Positions 23,094 to 34,995 of a stretch of 64,000 nucleotides of DNA are shown here, piece by piece; the stretch's first letter is position 1; every line of letters starts with the position of its first letter. Where the stretch lies: the NCBI GenBank assembly GCA_038087875.1, contig CM075996.1, positions 4,342,001-4,406,000 on the forward strand, given 5' to 3'. The notes under the pieces are model-generated. The model was given only the letters and a program-made list of their open reading frames with translations. It did no database searches and had not been told where the DNA came from. A program made the translations under genes and the position numbers. Source of the stretch: Malacoraja senta. Taxonomy: Eukaryota.

Positions 23094-23400
23094 TAGTTTA
23101 GTTTTGAGATGCAGCACGGAAACAGGCCCTTCAGCCCACCGGGTGCGCCCCGACCAGCGATCCCCGCGCATTAACACTATCCTACAGCCACTAGGGACAA
23201 TTTTTACATTTACCAAGCCAATTACCTGTACGTCTTTAGAGTATGGGAGGAAACTGAAGATCACGGAGAAAACCCACGCAGGTCACGGGGAGAAAATACA
23301 AACTCCGTACAGACAGCACCCGTAGTCGGGATCGAACCCGGGTCTCCGGCGCTGCATTCGCTGTAAGGCAGCAACTCTACTGCTCTGCCACCGTGACCGT
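23094..23400 (-). mobile_element. Full-length tRNA-derived V-SINE (HE1-like)
   Basis: Pol III A box (GGTGGCAGAGCAGTAG) and B box (GGTTCGATCCC) on the minus strand, conserved core GGTGCTGTCTGTACGGAGTTTG, CR1-like tail. Confidence 0.85.
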
Positions 23401-23792
23401 CCCTAAAGACTCACTTGTGCTCTTTTTCAAATAATGCTCTGGATTCCCCTACTCTGATCTAATGGCCAAGCTCCGGGGGTATTAAGTTTCAGTATGCCAG
23501 GCTTCCTCAGTACTGTACTAAAATGGCAACCTGAATTACAGGCTCCAATCTCTCAGGTGGGATCCAAGTCCACAACCTTTGACCAGAGGTTAGAGTGCTG
23601 CCTAATGACCCATGGTTAACATATTAACTTGGACTGAGTGAAAATATATAATCATCAGTAAGGCACAAGTATAAGCTGTAGCAATTTAGAAGTAAATCAC
23701 TGGAAGTTGTTTTTAAGTAAATTGATGCGGTTTATTGCAGTTCGTGCAATCCCTTGAGCAGCACCCACTTTACAAATGCTTGCTTCATTTAC

Positions 23793-23899
23793 CTTGTAGC
23801 AGTCATTAGCCAAGAGTTGTAGGAGGCTGAAAGACTCTCCAGAGGTCTCCATCTTCAAGTAGAGCTCCCATGCCAGGCGTGGTTTCTTGTTCATGATAT
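23793..23899 (-). CDS. TTC26: TTC26/IFT56 exon 16
   Basis: 107 nt; (Y)[39 protein letters not shown]. Confidence 0.96.
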
Positions 23900-25051
23900 C
23901 TGTGAAGGATCGAAAGAATAGGAACTTGTGAAACTGTGTCAGCCCCAAATAAGGGGAATGAATATGAAATATCCAGCAACAAACAAATGAGATAGTCCTT
24001 GTATTACAAATTACCATACTCAGTAAGTTCTGGTGGTCGAGGACCATTCATATTTTATGGTACAAATCAGAGATGGCAATGGAATAGATTTTTTTTTTTT
24101 TAAACTGTCTTACATTCAACCAGCATCACTTGATGCTTTTCTACAGCCACCACAAAACATTGCGAATTAAAGAGGCTTCGAGCCTTTGTGCTGGAGCACA
24201 CTTCTATTCCCGTACACAATCGCATAATTGACACGGCACAATTTGTTTTGGCCCATTACGCCCGCGTCAGTTTAGTAAGACTGCTTTCTGCCCAGTCACC
24301 TTTCTTCTCTGACCTATCCTGCGTAGTTCTGCGAAACAGTTCACACACGTTCATGGACATGCATACACAGGACGTGGCGGGAGAGGGAAGTAGGAGTGGA
24401 CAAAGGGTAGAAGTACTTTGCACCAGAGCCACAAAGCAGGATTGAGATATGAATCTACAGGTCGGGAGGAACAAGTAGGTCACTCAGCCCTTCAAGGTTG
24501 CTCCAGCATCAAGTTCAGGCCTGACTGTAAACTTGACTCTGTATTCCCACACACTCAAGGTTTCAACCATTTGTCTTAGGGTGGGTTTCCTGTGCAAGGG
24601 AAGGAGGAAATAATAAACAGACAGGGTTCCTGCTCTGGATTTTGTAATCCTCTGGGAGGCCCTTGTGAGAGTGTCGTGCAAAGGTTCGGGACATAATTCC
24701 ATGCATCTGTTGTGCTGCTGCAAGTTAGAATTTCATTGTTTCCTTTTGGGACATATGACAATAAAACAATTGATTCTTGACTCTTGAAATTGAAAAGTAC
24801 TCTTTTAGACTTAAGAGACCTTAGATGCAGGAAACTGTTCTCAGAACCTTCCAGCCCAAGACTCACTCCTCCCCTTCTCCCCTTTACACAGGCTATCCTC
24901 TCCCTGCACTCCCAGTTCTGATGCAGGATCTCGATGCGAAACGTCAACCATTCTGTTCCACAGACGCTGCCTGACCCACCGAGTTCCTCCAGCAGTTTTT
25001 TTTTTAAACGCTCTAAAATTCACGGCTTCAGCTAGATAACGTTCGACTCAC

Positions 25052-25121
25052 AGCAACGGGCCAGCCAGCTGAGGTAAATGTAGTCGTTCTTCAGCTTCTC
25101 ATTCTGAATCAGTTGAAACAC
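25052..25121 (-). CDS. TTC26: TTC26/IFT56 exon 15
   Basis: 70 nt; VFQLIQNEKLKNDYIYLSWLARC, CAG/GTGAGT. Confidence 0.95.
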
Positions 25122-25582
25122 CTGAGGAGTGGCGTAAAAGAGTGCAAAGTTTAGTAGAAGGAGGTGCTAAACCAGTCAACATACTGCTCGTTCGTTGAAA
25201 GGTGTCGATTTGGAATGCTGGGAGGGCAGGGTAAGATGTGGTGGCGTTGCGTTGGGGGTGGCAACACCGTTGTGGCAAACCCGATGAATGTGGAGGGTGT
25301 TGAGGTGGAAGCTTGGAAAAAGTTGAAGCCCACTGTGGTTCTGAGAGGAAGGAAAATCTGCAAGGCAGAAGTGTGGGCAATGAATTGGAAAAGGTTGAAG
25401 GTTCCATGAACCACAGCACAGGGGAAATCCTGGTTGTGAAACAGGAAGACATAATGGAGTCAGAGATGTTGAAAGTGGCATAATTACAACCAATGTTTCT
25501 TCATCTTTGTCACAGAGACTGAAATCCTTGCAAGGAGTGGAGTGGGAGGAAGTATAACCAAGGCAATCATGCAAATTGGTTA

Positions 25583-25798
25583 AGGGCCTGTCCCACTTTC
25601 ACCACCTAATTCACGACCTCTGCCAAGTTTGCCCTTGACTCATACTCGCAGCATGGACGTTACGAGGTCGTAGGTAGGTCGTAGGAGGTCGTAGGTACTC
25701 GTGGAATCAAGTAGGTCGGGGCTTTTTTTCCAGCATGATGAAAAATGTCCATGAGTAAAAAAGGTTGTGAATTAGGTCGTGAAAGTGGGACAGGCCCT
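25583..25798. mobile_element. PIF/Harbinger-like MITE
   Basis: ~37-bp imperfect TIRs (AGGGCCTGTCCCACTTTCACCACCTAATTCACGACCT / AGGTTGTGAATTAGGTCGTGAAAGTGGGACAGGCCCT), flanked by TTA and TTC. Confidence 0.8.
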
Positions 25799-26664
25799 TT
25801 CACAGACTATCCCCAGAAATGGAGATGAAGAAGTCAATGGAAGTGTCAGAGGTGAATCACGAGTAGTGAGGGAAGGATGGAAATTAGAAGTTTGAGGAAA
25901 TTTTAATTTCTCAATGAGAACTAACTCTACGTCTGTGGTGAAATATAAGTTACAAATCCTCACACATGAAGAATTGCCTCTGGACTAACTGACAATATCC
26001 TTGGATGGAGGAGAAAATTGAACAAAGCCCAGATTTGAAATGTTTTTCGAAATTACTTGGTGAAAGGATGTCCAAACTTGTATCTTTGGTGTACCTCATT
26101 TAACTCTGCTATCATTGACCTCGATGAATAGATACTCCACTTATTTTTGGTAATAGAACTAGAAGCTCTGATTGATTTTATCCAACCAGAAGGCAAAATG
26201 CCATAAACAGCCTTTACAAAATCTCAGGACCCAATGAATTCAAAAGGAGAAATCGGCAGGGAAAACTCAGAAGATAAAACAGGACTGAGTTTCCTGACTT
26301 GGAACAAATATCAGACTTCATTGATGACATCTGACCCATTATTAAATATTACATTAAATACTGTTAAATCAGTGAATTCAATGACAAGTAAAATTGAGCA
26401 GTCTGCGAAAGAGCCACCAATATGACAATTGTCAGGTTAAGCCTGATGCAAGGATACTAAGCAGCAATTTATGTTGCATAATCATCAGCAGAAGTAGTGG
26501 AAAGGTTGGAGTGAGGGGGGTGTCCCATTGAGCTCATGTAAGAATAGGACAATGCTACATAAAGGATGAGATGAAGCGAGCAGAGTTCTGACAGGTGAAT
26601 CCAACTCTGAATTTATGCTCTATTAAAACAAACCTGACATTTTGCTCTCAGTTTTACTAAAATA

Positions 26665-26850
26665 AATAAATAACCTACAAACCTGTATGTCTTTGGAGTG
26701 TGGGAGGAAACTAGAGCTGCCTGGAGCAAACCCATGCAGGTCACGGGGAGACACACAAACTCCGTACAGATAAGTACCCGTAGTTAGGATCGAACCTGGG
26801 TCTCTGGCACTGTAAGACAGCGATTCTACCGCTGTGCCACCATGCCACCC
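26665..26850 (-). mobile_element. V-SINE (HE1-like), 5' part
   Basis: A and B boxes plus core as in 23094-23400. Confidence 0.75.
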
Positions 26851-27241
26851 TTAACTTGGTTTTGTTCTTCAGAGTCCAGCAATTTTTGCTTCTGAAGCAC
26901 TGAAGTCGGAATCTCAGCTTACTGTATGTAGTTGGTTCTGACAAGCCCAAATTCATGCTCCTTGCAGGGGCCATGGAAGGGGCGGGAGGATGATTTGGAA
27001 GGGAATGCTCATGGGATGGTGTTACACTGATGATACCATAGAACTGGAATCAATAAAACTGGAAGCTCAAAATTTAGTTGTGTGTTCCTCTTAACCACTG
27101 GAAAACAATGCAAATGCTTTTCTGGTCCTGGTATCAAGGGTTACACCAATCAGTCAGTGTAGATGTAACTTATTTGCACCATGTCCACGTAATTGAGGAG
27201 ATGGCCAAGGTTAATGTTGGAACTCAATTGCAACCACTTAC

Positions 27242-27325
27242 TTCCTCAGCTTCCTTGAAATTGCCAACAGCTGCTTTCGCCTGTGCATAGTTGAAGTTGA
27301 AGAGGTCATCATTGTAGAAGTAACT
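27242..27325 (-). CDS. TTC26: TTC26/IFT56 exon 14
   Basis: 84 nt; SYFYNDDLFNFNYAQAKAAVGNFKEAEE, CAG/GTAAGT. Confidence 0.95.
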
Positions 27326-28897
27326 CTGTGGAATAAAAAGAGGAAGATTGTGTCACAACCTATAAACATCCACAATCTTTTGGAACTTTTGCAAGAATTT
27401 CATTGTCCTATCTGGGACACGTGACAAACTCTCTTGACTTGACGTGATTCTAGATTTTACATTTAAAGATTTAATGCTGCTAAATTAAGGTGAATCAAGA
27501 ACTGATATCTCCCACCTATCACACAGTATGTGACCGAATACTGTGAACTTTCAGACACTGCTTCTCCCTTTCCTCCTCCCACCATAACTCTATTGCAGCG
27601 ATCCCACGATATCTGTACGAGGTTAATGGTGATTCTGCCCTCCTGCCAACCACCTTCGACAAGAGGAAAGTATATTCCCCAAGTGTGAAACACATCCATC
27701 GCACTGCAGGCCAGCAGACTCACTGCAATGTAATGAAAGGGAACCACACATGTTGGTTTATACCAAAGATAAAGACACACAATGCTGGAGCAAGTCAGCG
27801 GGTCAGGCAGCATCTCTGGGGAAAATGGATAGGGGACGTTGCCAGGTCGGGACGCTTCTTCAGAACGAGGTCAAATTTATATGACACGTCTAATTTAACC
27901 TAGAGGGCTATAGTTTTCAATTTGTTGAAGCGATGCTTTGTTTCATGGTGTTCTGATAACTGAAAAGGAGTAGATCTCGCCAAACAATTTTTGCCTAATC
28001 TCATACCAATATAAATTTATATCCCATGCTTGTCGAGTTGAAGTAAAACTATGTCTCAGAGGAATAAAAACAAAATGCTAAAACCACCATCCCCCCCTAA
28101 CCCCCATAGCTTTGTGCTTTGGTAGATGCACTGATAGGTTGGAAAACTTAGAAGCCATTATCTCTGGGAAAAGATCATCATGAAATCTACTTGGCTTGAG
28201 ATCAGTGTCATTCATCCAACATATATTACTGATTATTCTGATCTATGTCTCATGTAGCAGCATTAGTGTCCCCCTAATGGCCTCTTACCAACCCAATCCT
28301 TTGTTTCCCTTGTGATTACAGTTTAGCTTCATAGATCTATGGATCCCTCTTTACCAAACATTGATCAAACATAAATTATTTTATACTTATCCACATCAAG
28401 TGACTTTGCGACATTGGGCCAGTTGCTATAAATAGTAGAGTGTTGTGGCTTTCCATGTTCTCTACCATACAATGGGATTTTCCTTATGACACCCCTAATC
28501 ATTAAAATGGCGTCCCTTAGCAAGTTATCCAGTTTTTATGCTTCAAAAAGACTCCATTCTCAACTATCTTTGTTTTATTGTTTGGAAGCCATTTTTCTAC
28601 CCGAGGATCTGCTTCATTTCTTTTTTTGTAACTCTCCCTCTTCTCTAACGATTGTCGAAGTATAATCATGACGGATTTTTAAGAGATCCAATGTTTAATG
28701 TTAAGTGCATTTATTTTAAGCTCTATTTTTAAAGATTATTTCACAGCCTTCTGCCTCCCTTTCTTCAATGTAGGCTTACTTATTGTTAACAAAATTGTCT
28801 ATTCATGCTTCTAGATTACTATTCAGGAGCCATGCACAATATCCAATGGTGCCACAGCCAGGTGGAAACCTTGGATGAAAGGAAAAATGCTACCTAC

Positions 28898-28986
28898 CTT
28901 GACAGAGTTGAGGTAGATTAAAACATCCTCAAATTGTTTCAGCAAAAAAAAACAGGAAGCCATACATTGCCGCCCAGGGATAGTAT
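28898..28986 (-). CDS. TTC26: TTC26/IFT56 exon 13
   Basis: 89 nt; (D)[38 protein letters not shown]. Confidence 0.96.
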
Positions 28987-29889
28987 CTGAAAATAAGAAT
29001 GATATTTTATGGCAAGAGTGGAAGGCTATATGATCAAATAATATGATTTGGAATTCATCAATTTGTACACTGTATTCACTCTTCAACATTATTCAATATT
29101 ATTGTAGCTGTGCAAGGAAGATTTTTTTTCCAGAAAGTTGGGTACCTTGCCTTAAAATTCCCTTGGTACCACAAGCAAATATTTGCCTTAGCATGGGTGA
29201 GCATGCTGGTATTAGCACTCTACAGAGAGTAGAAATAACTAGTAAAATGAGTTGTAACCATTTACAGTCAAACAGTAAATGTTTCTACTGTCTTAAACTG
29301 CGATTTGTTTGCAAATATCTCCCACTTATTTTGCATTATCTTGAAAGATGTCATGTTGGACGTTTCCCCCACAAGGATTAGCCACATTTCTGTCACCAAC
29401 TTAATCAAAATAAACACATTTCAGCTAAATATTCAATTTGTATTCATTTAGCCTTTTTGGCTAGACTCGAGGGTACCAAATGGTACATGTTTTAGATTAC
29501 AGTGCCTCAGAATAACTAGTAAACTCTGCAGTCTTTAAAGTAATTACAGTTCTGTAATTTAAAATTGTTCATGAATGGATGGACATATTCAAAATGTTCA
29601 TTGTTTTCAATACAACCTACTCATTTTTTGGCTGCTTTATTGAGACAGGACGTTGTTCAATTTAAATAGTACAAGAAATTTAAAGCAATTTCTGAAATGA
29701 TTATCATTAGAAATTATTATCAAATGAATATAAATTCAGGTTGAGGTTTGTGCAGGAACCCAAGCAAAAAAAAAAACCGTTTAGAACATTTGTGTAATTT
29801 TTACCACAATTTTTATCTCGACCACGGAATGTTCTCAAGGGGAAACTCTCGCCATTAATTCAATAACTGTAATTCTACCAGACGTTCTT

Positions 29890-30428
29890 CCCTGTCTTCC
29901 CAACATCAAATCTTCCCTGTCCCGCCTGCAACTGGTCCAAAACGCCGCAGCGAGACTCCTGACGGGCACCCAAAAAAGGGACCACATTACCCCGATCCTG
30001 GCCTCTCTCCACTGGCTCCCTGTGCGGTTCCGTATAAACTTCAAGATCCTCCTCCATATCTACAAAGCCCTCAATGGGCTTGCCCCAACCTACATAAAAA
30101 ATCTTCTCACCCACCACTCCACCTCCAGGCCCCTCAGATCAGCCGACTTGGGGTTGCTGAATATCCCACGGTCTAGGCATAAGCTCAGGGGCGACCGCGC
30201 CTTTGCGGTTGCAGCCCCTAGACTGTGGAACAGCATCCCCTTTCCCATCAGAACTGCCCCCTCCATCGACTCTTTTAAGTCAAGATACTCCCAAGCCTTT
30301 CCATACATGTATATGTATGTAGTTTGTTTTGTTGTGCTATTCTTATAACAAATGTAAAGCACTTTGGCCAACGAGAGTTGTTTTTTAAATGTGCTATATA
30401 AATAAATGTGACTTGACTTGACTTGACT
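29890..30428 (+). mobile_element. L2-clade LINE 3' end
   Basis: LQLVQNAAARLLTG..RDHITPILASLHWLPVRFRINFKILL..YKALNGLAP.Y...GDRAFAVAAPRLWNSIP, plus AATAAA and a (GACTT)n tail. Confidence 0.9.
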
Positions 30429-30699
30429 CCCAACATCATTGGAAGGTAGTTATTAGAAAACATTTGTTATATAATATACAATATAATAAAATGCTGACAG
30501 CCTCTTCTTATTTTAAGGAGAGTAGAAGTTACAAAAGGCAACTTTCCAGGAAGATAATTTAGAGCTGGCACATTTGACACTGTGGGATGACATGGTTAGA
30601 TTGACCTATGCAGTAAGTTAAAACTCCATCTGTCCTACACGGCTTCTTCCTACATTCTTCCAACTTCAACAAATCTGGTCTTTTCTCCTCTGCTTCCTG

Positions 30700-30905
30700 G
30701 ATGTGGACGTGAAAACACAGACTTTTGGGAGAATGAACAATCTGATCATGCCACCCACCATGATCATATTTGTGCAGAGACTCAAAGAGATAGTTGTGGC
30801 AATAAGCAACAATGGAAGTACTGGATTCTGCTGCAGTGGGACCGGTGCAGGGGTAGCACGCAAACAAAAGCTTCTCATTTCAGGCAAGCCAAAGCATCTC
30901 GGTAC
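30700..30905 (+). mobile_element. Possible decayed pogo/Tigger transposase fragment
   Basis: ORF 30703 ..RLKEIVVAISN..G..KQKLLISGKPKHL loosely resembles the pogo RLTV..C.N..G..KLK.LVIGKSK.PR segment. Confidence 0.35.
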
Positions 30906-31563
30906 ATGTGACAATAATAATAGACCAAAGCAAACCAGATGCCGTTTTCTGGTGGCATGGCGTGACTCTGCAGAAGTCTTGTCTCTCACGTGCCAGTACT
31001 TAGAGGGTCGCAATAAGATTTGCTAAGTTCAAAATAAAAATGGGAGCCTCAAATGACTCTTACCCAAACTACCCAAATATCAGCATTGGTTTGACTAAAT
31101 AGAATTAAATGAATGGCTTAAAGAGTGGTGTAGGGGTAAGGAGTTTTAAATAAAGGGAAGATGGCACTATATTGGGAAGAAAGCTACTCCTTTGAAATGG
31201 GCTCCATGTAAACCATGCTGGGACAAGCGTCCTGGTGTATCAGATAACCAGGATTGCAGATGGCGGCTAAAATTAATAAAGATAGGAAATGGGTAGCAAG
31301 TCCATGACCCGAGGGGTGAAATACTATAATTTTTCTTACATAAAACTTACATAAAATATGAGTCAGTGAAATTTAATAAGATGTCCCTTTACTATTGGTG
31401 CTCGTTTCCAGTTCTGTCTTGAGTATTGCAGCATAAAACAACAACTGATCATTTGCATACTTTCCGTCTTGCATATTTTGGTGAAGTGAGGGGCAGTGCC
31501 TATTACAAAAACAGAACTCGATCTGTTGTAACCCGCTCGCACTTGCAACTCTCCAGTACATAC

Positions 31564-31627
31564 CGCATTCACTGGCAGATCCTCCAACCAGCTGAAAATA
31601 CTGTTGTGCAATCTTCAGGTGCTCCCT
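31564..31627 (-). CDS. TTC26: TTC26/IFT56 exon 12
   Basis: 64 nt; REHLKIAQQYFQLVGGSASEC, CAG/GTATGT. Confidence 0.95.
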
Positions 31628-31663
31628 CTGTGGACAAACAAAGAGACATGACTAATGCCCCCG

Positions 31664-31800
31664 ACTAGTCTGAAGAAGGGTCTTGACCCGAAACGTCACC
31701 GTTCCTTCTCTCCCGAAATGCCGCCTGTCCCGCTGAGTTACTCCAGCTTTTTGTGTCCATCTTTGGTTTAAACCAGCATCTGCAGTTCCTCCCGACACAA
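31664..31800 (+). mobile_element. Penelope-derived terminal repeat with an intact hammerhead-like core (representative of ~20 copies)
   Basis: CTGAAGA-A-GGGTCTTGACCC-GAAACGTC at 31670-31697 followed by the common ...CCCGCTGAGTTACTCCAGC...CATCTGCAGTTCC tail. Confidence 0.75.
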
Positions 31801-32574
31801 AGAGACATGCTCAGCCAGGATTTTCTCCGCACAAGTTCTCAATAAGTGGTGGCCAATCTAGCATTAAATGTAATGCTGAATAAAGCCAGTGACATAAAAC
31901 GGGAACAGTGGTCATGCAGATTCTGATGTGGCTTTAGGTCTTGGGTTCCTTCCTCAACGATTGTGAGGGCTTGTTTAGACTATATTCAGCCCAAGGATGA
32001 CAATGACTATCCAGGGGTGATAACCATTTTATATATTTAAAATCTACGTACATGAAAAAAATCTCTCTGGATATTACAGATTGTTTTTCTGAAGAGTTCA
32101 GATATCAAAAATAATACATTTTCAGCAGCTAACGTGTCCATGACCCGAGGGGTGAAATTTAAGATGATTCACAAAGGAACCAGAAGCTACATGAGGGAAC
32201 ATATTTTTTCACTGCAGAACTTCATAGGATTTGAAATACAATCGTGAAAGAGTGATTAATGAAATTTAAAGAGAGCATGAGGTAATTATGTGAAGAAAAA
32301 TAATGTACAAGGTTTTGGAAAGATCGAGTGAGTGAGTGAGAGAAATTGGACCGCTGTGTGAAACAGCTAGTGCATAAATGAATAGGACAAGGTTTTAGTT
32401 TAATGTCTTTCCAATAGATGACATTTCACTCAAGATTGAAATGTAAATTTGGATCATGGGAGTCAAATCCTAATTTGTGACTTTAATCTATTATCTTCTG
32501 ATATGTTGCAAATTATTAATGTACAAGATGTGTGTCAGCGATATAGTGAATGTATATCCAATCCGACCCGAATT

Positions 32575-32945
32575 TCCGAATCCGACCTTTCTGTCCTGGG
32601 CCTCCTCCATGGCCAGAGTGAGGCCCACCGTAAATTGGAGGAGCAGCACCTCATATTTGGCTTGGGTAGTTTACTCCCCAGCGGTATGAACATTGACTTC
32701 TCCAATTTTAGGTAGTCCCTGCTTTCTCCTTCTTTCCCCTCCCCTTCTCCCACAGCTCTCCCATAGCCCACTATCTCCGCCTCTTCCTTTCTTCTTCCCG
32801 CCCCCCCACATCAGTCTGAGGAAGGGTCTCAACCCGAAACGTCGTCTATTTCCTTCGCTCCATAGATGCTGCCTCACCCGCTGAGTTTCTCCAGCATTTT
32901 TGTCTACCTTCGATTTTCCAGCATCTGCAGTTCCTTCTTAAACAT
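32575..32945 (+). mobile_element. Penelope-like element 3' end (endonuclease C-terminus, 3' UTR, terminal repeat)
   Basis: DLSVLGLLHGQSEAHRKLEEQHLIFGLGSLLPSGMNIDFSNFR*, then a pyrimidine-rich UTR, then CTGAGGAAGGGTCTCAACCCGAAACGTC at 32816. Confidence 0.85.
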
Positions 32946-33277
32946 TGTGAATGTATATTGTCTCTTTTTATCCAAGGTGTTTCTAAACATATACTGTCAC
33001 TTCTGCATGTAGGAGTATGTTTCATTTGAAACGATCTGCTAAACATTCAAGATCAGGTCCATGATTCCTTAGGTAATGGGAGTAGTTCAGGGAGTAGTCA
33101 CAGATGGATAAAATAGAAATACAAGTGTATATGTGTGCTACAGGTTCATGTTAATGACATCCCAAAAGGAAAAGTAACACATTTATTCTCTTCATAATAT
33201 CAAAACAAGATAATTTATTAATGTGTTTCCGTGTATAGCAAGCTATAGCAATGCAGTTTATGGAGAATTCAACTCAC

Positions 33278-33331
33278 CGAGCCCTGTTCCTGTCCTAGTG
33301 CTGCATTCACCACACCTTTCAATATATATTC
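33278..33331 (-). CDS. TTC26: TTC26/IFT56 exon 11
   Basis: 54 nt; EYILKGVVNAALGQEQGS, TAG/GTGAGT. Confidence 0.95.
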
Positions 33332-33879
33332 CTAATAGTGGAGAGAAAAGGCAACAGTATGACATGCAGTCAATGAATTAATGGCCTTTTGATTAATGTG
33401 CAAATCCGGCTCATGGGGATAAAAAAAGGTTTCCAACACAAAACATCACTCATCATTGACAATAGACGATAGACAATAGGTGCAGGAGTTGGCCATTCAG
33501 CCCTTCGAGAATAATGGGCAAATGAAAACAAAATGGTCTGTTCAGGTACTAGTTTGTACTTTAAGAAACTTACACTCACATAAACTAATTGTTTACTGTT
33601 ACAATTTTGTAACAATGAAGTCTTTCACACATCCAAGATATTAGGTCCTAATAACTTCATTTTCGTAGGATCAGAGATTTATAGTACAGAAGGCCATGCG
33701 ACTCATCCTGTCTGTCCATGGTAAAATGGACCTAATGTTTCTGATTCATGATTTTAGCAAATCTAATAGTGAGCATGATACACATGAGTACAGATATTTA
33801 CAACAAGGTTGAATCAAGTTGAGTTTATTTTCATATGAGCAAGTTTGGTGAAGTTCAGGTACAATAAACATCTTGTGGT

Positions 33880-34145
33880 TTCACCCATCACTCTTCTAAA
33901 CTCCAAAGGATACAGATCCAAACTGTCCAGCCTCTCTTGATAAGACAAACTTCTTATCCCAGTTATTGGCCTGGTGAATCTACTTTGGACTACCTTCACT
34001 ATTACCATGTAATGTTTTAGATAAGTGGACAAAACTGTGCTCAATATTTCAGATGTGGCCTTACAAACAACTGTGACCGAACCTCCCTATTCTTAAATCC
34101 CAACTCCTTTGCAATAAAAGCCAACGTGCCATTTGCTTTCTTCTC
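33880..34145 (-). mobile_element. Old CR1 LINE fragment
   Basis: ORF 33814-34044 VQSRFTR.I.G...LSYQERL..LDLYPLEFRR. Confidence 0.7.
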
Positions 34146-34227
34146 TACTTGTTGATAAGATAACATTTTATGATTCATGGGCTAGAACATGTGGACTAGT
34201 CCTCTGAACTTCACTCTTGACATCGCA

Positions 34228-34525
34228 GGGCCGCACGGTGGCGCAGCGGTAGAGTTGCTGCCTCACAGCGCCAGAGACCCGGGTTTGATCCTGACTACGG
34301 GTGCTGTCTGTATGGAGCTTGTATGTTCTCCCCGTGCTTGCGGGGGTTTTTCCCGGGTGCACGGTTTCCTCCTACACTCCACAGACGTACAGGTTTGTAG
34401 GTGAATCAGCTTCGGTAAGATTTGTAAATTGTCCCTAGAGTGCAGAATTTTGCTTGTGTGCAGGGTGATCGCTGGTGAGCCAAGGCATGTTTCCACACTG
34501 TATCCCCATACTAAACTACAACTAA
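34228..34525 (+). mobile_element. Full-length V-SINE (HE1-like)
   Basis: GGGCCGCACGGTGGCGCAGCGGTAGAG (A box), GGTTTGATCC (B box), core and (CTAAA)-like tail. Confidence 0.85.
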
Positions 34526-34692
34526 ATCTATCATCAACAACCTTACTACTAAATGTCATTACTGAGCAAACAGCTGGCATGAGGGACATAAGCAAATGTT
34601 TTAAAACATTAATACTATGCATAAGAGTGTACATTTTTACAATTTATCAGCTGAGTTACTGCCAAGTATTTCTGTCAAAGAAAACAGTTAAA

Positions 34693-34995
34693 ATAGACAA
34701 TAGACAATAGGTGCAGGAGTAGGCCATTCGGCCCTTCGAGCCAGCACCGCCATTCAACGTCATTCAACTGATCATTCCCAATCAGTACCCCGTTCCTGCC
34801 TTCTCCCCATATCCCCTGACTCCGCTATTTTTAAGAGCCCTATCTAGCTTTCTCTTGAAAGCATCCAGAGAACCTGCCTCCCTCTGAGGCAGAGAATTCC
34901 ATAGATTCACCACTCTCTGTGAGAAAAAGTGATTCCTCGTCTCCGTTCTAAATGGCTTACTCCTTATTCTTAAACTGTGGCCCCTGGTCCTGGCC
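34693..34995 (-). mobile_element. CR1 LINE 3' fragment
   Basis: Near-identical to 10355-10655. Confidence 0.8.

Noticed and set aside
34228..34300. tRNA-like sequence
   Set aside because: It is the head of a V-SINE, continuous with the SINE core and tail and repeated many times; not a tRNA gene.
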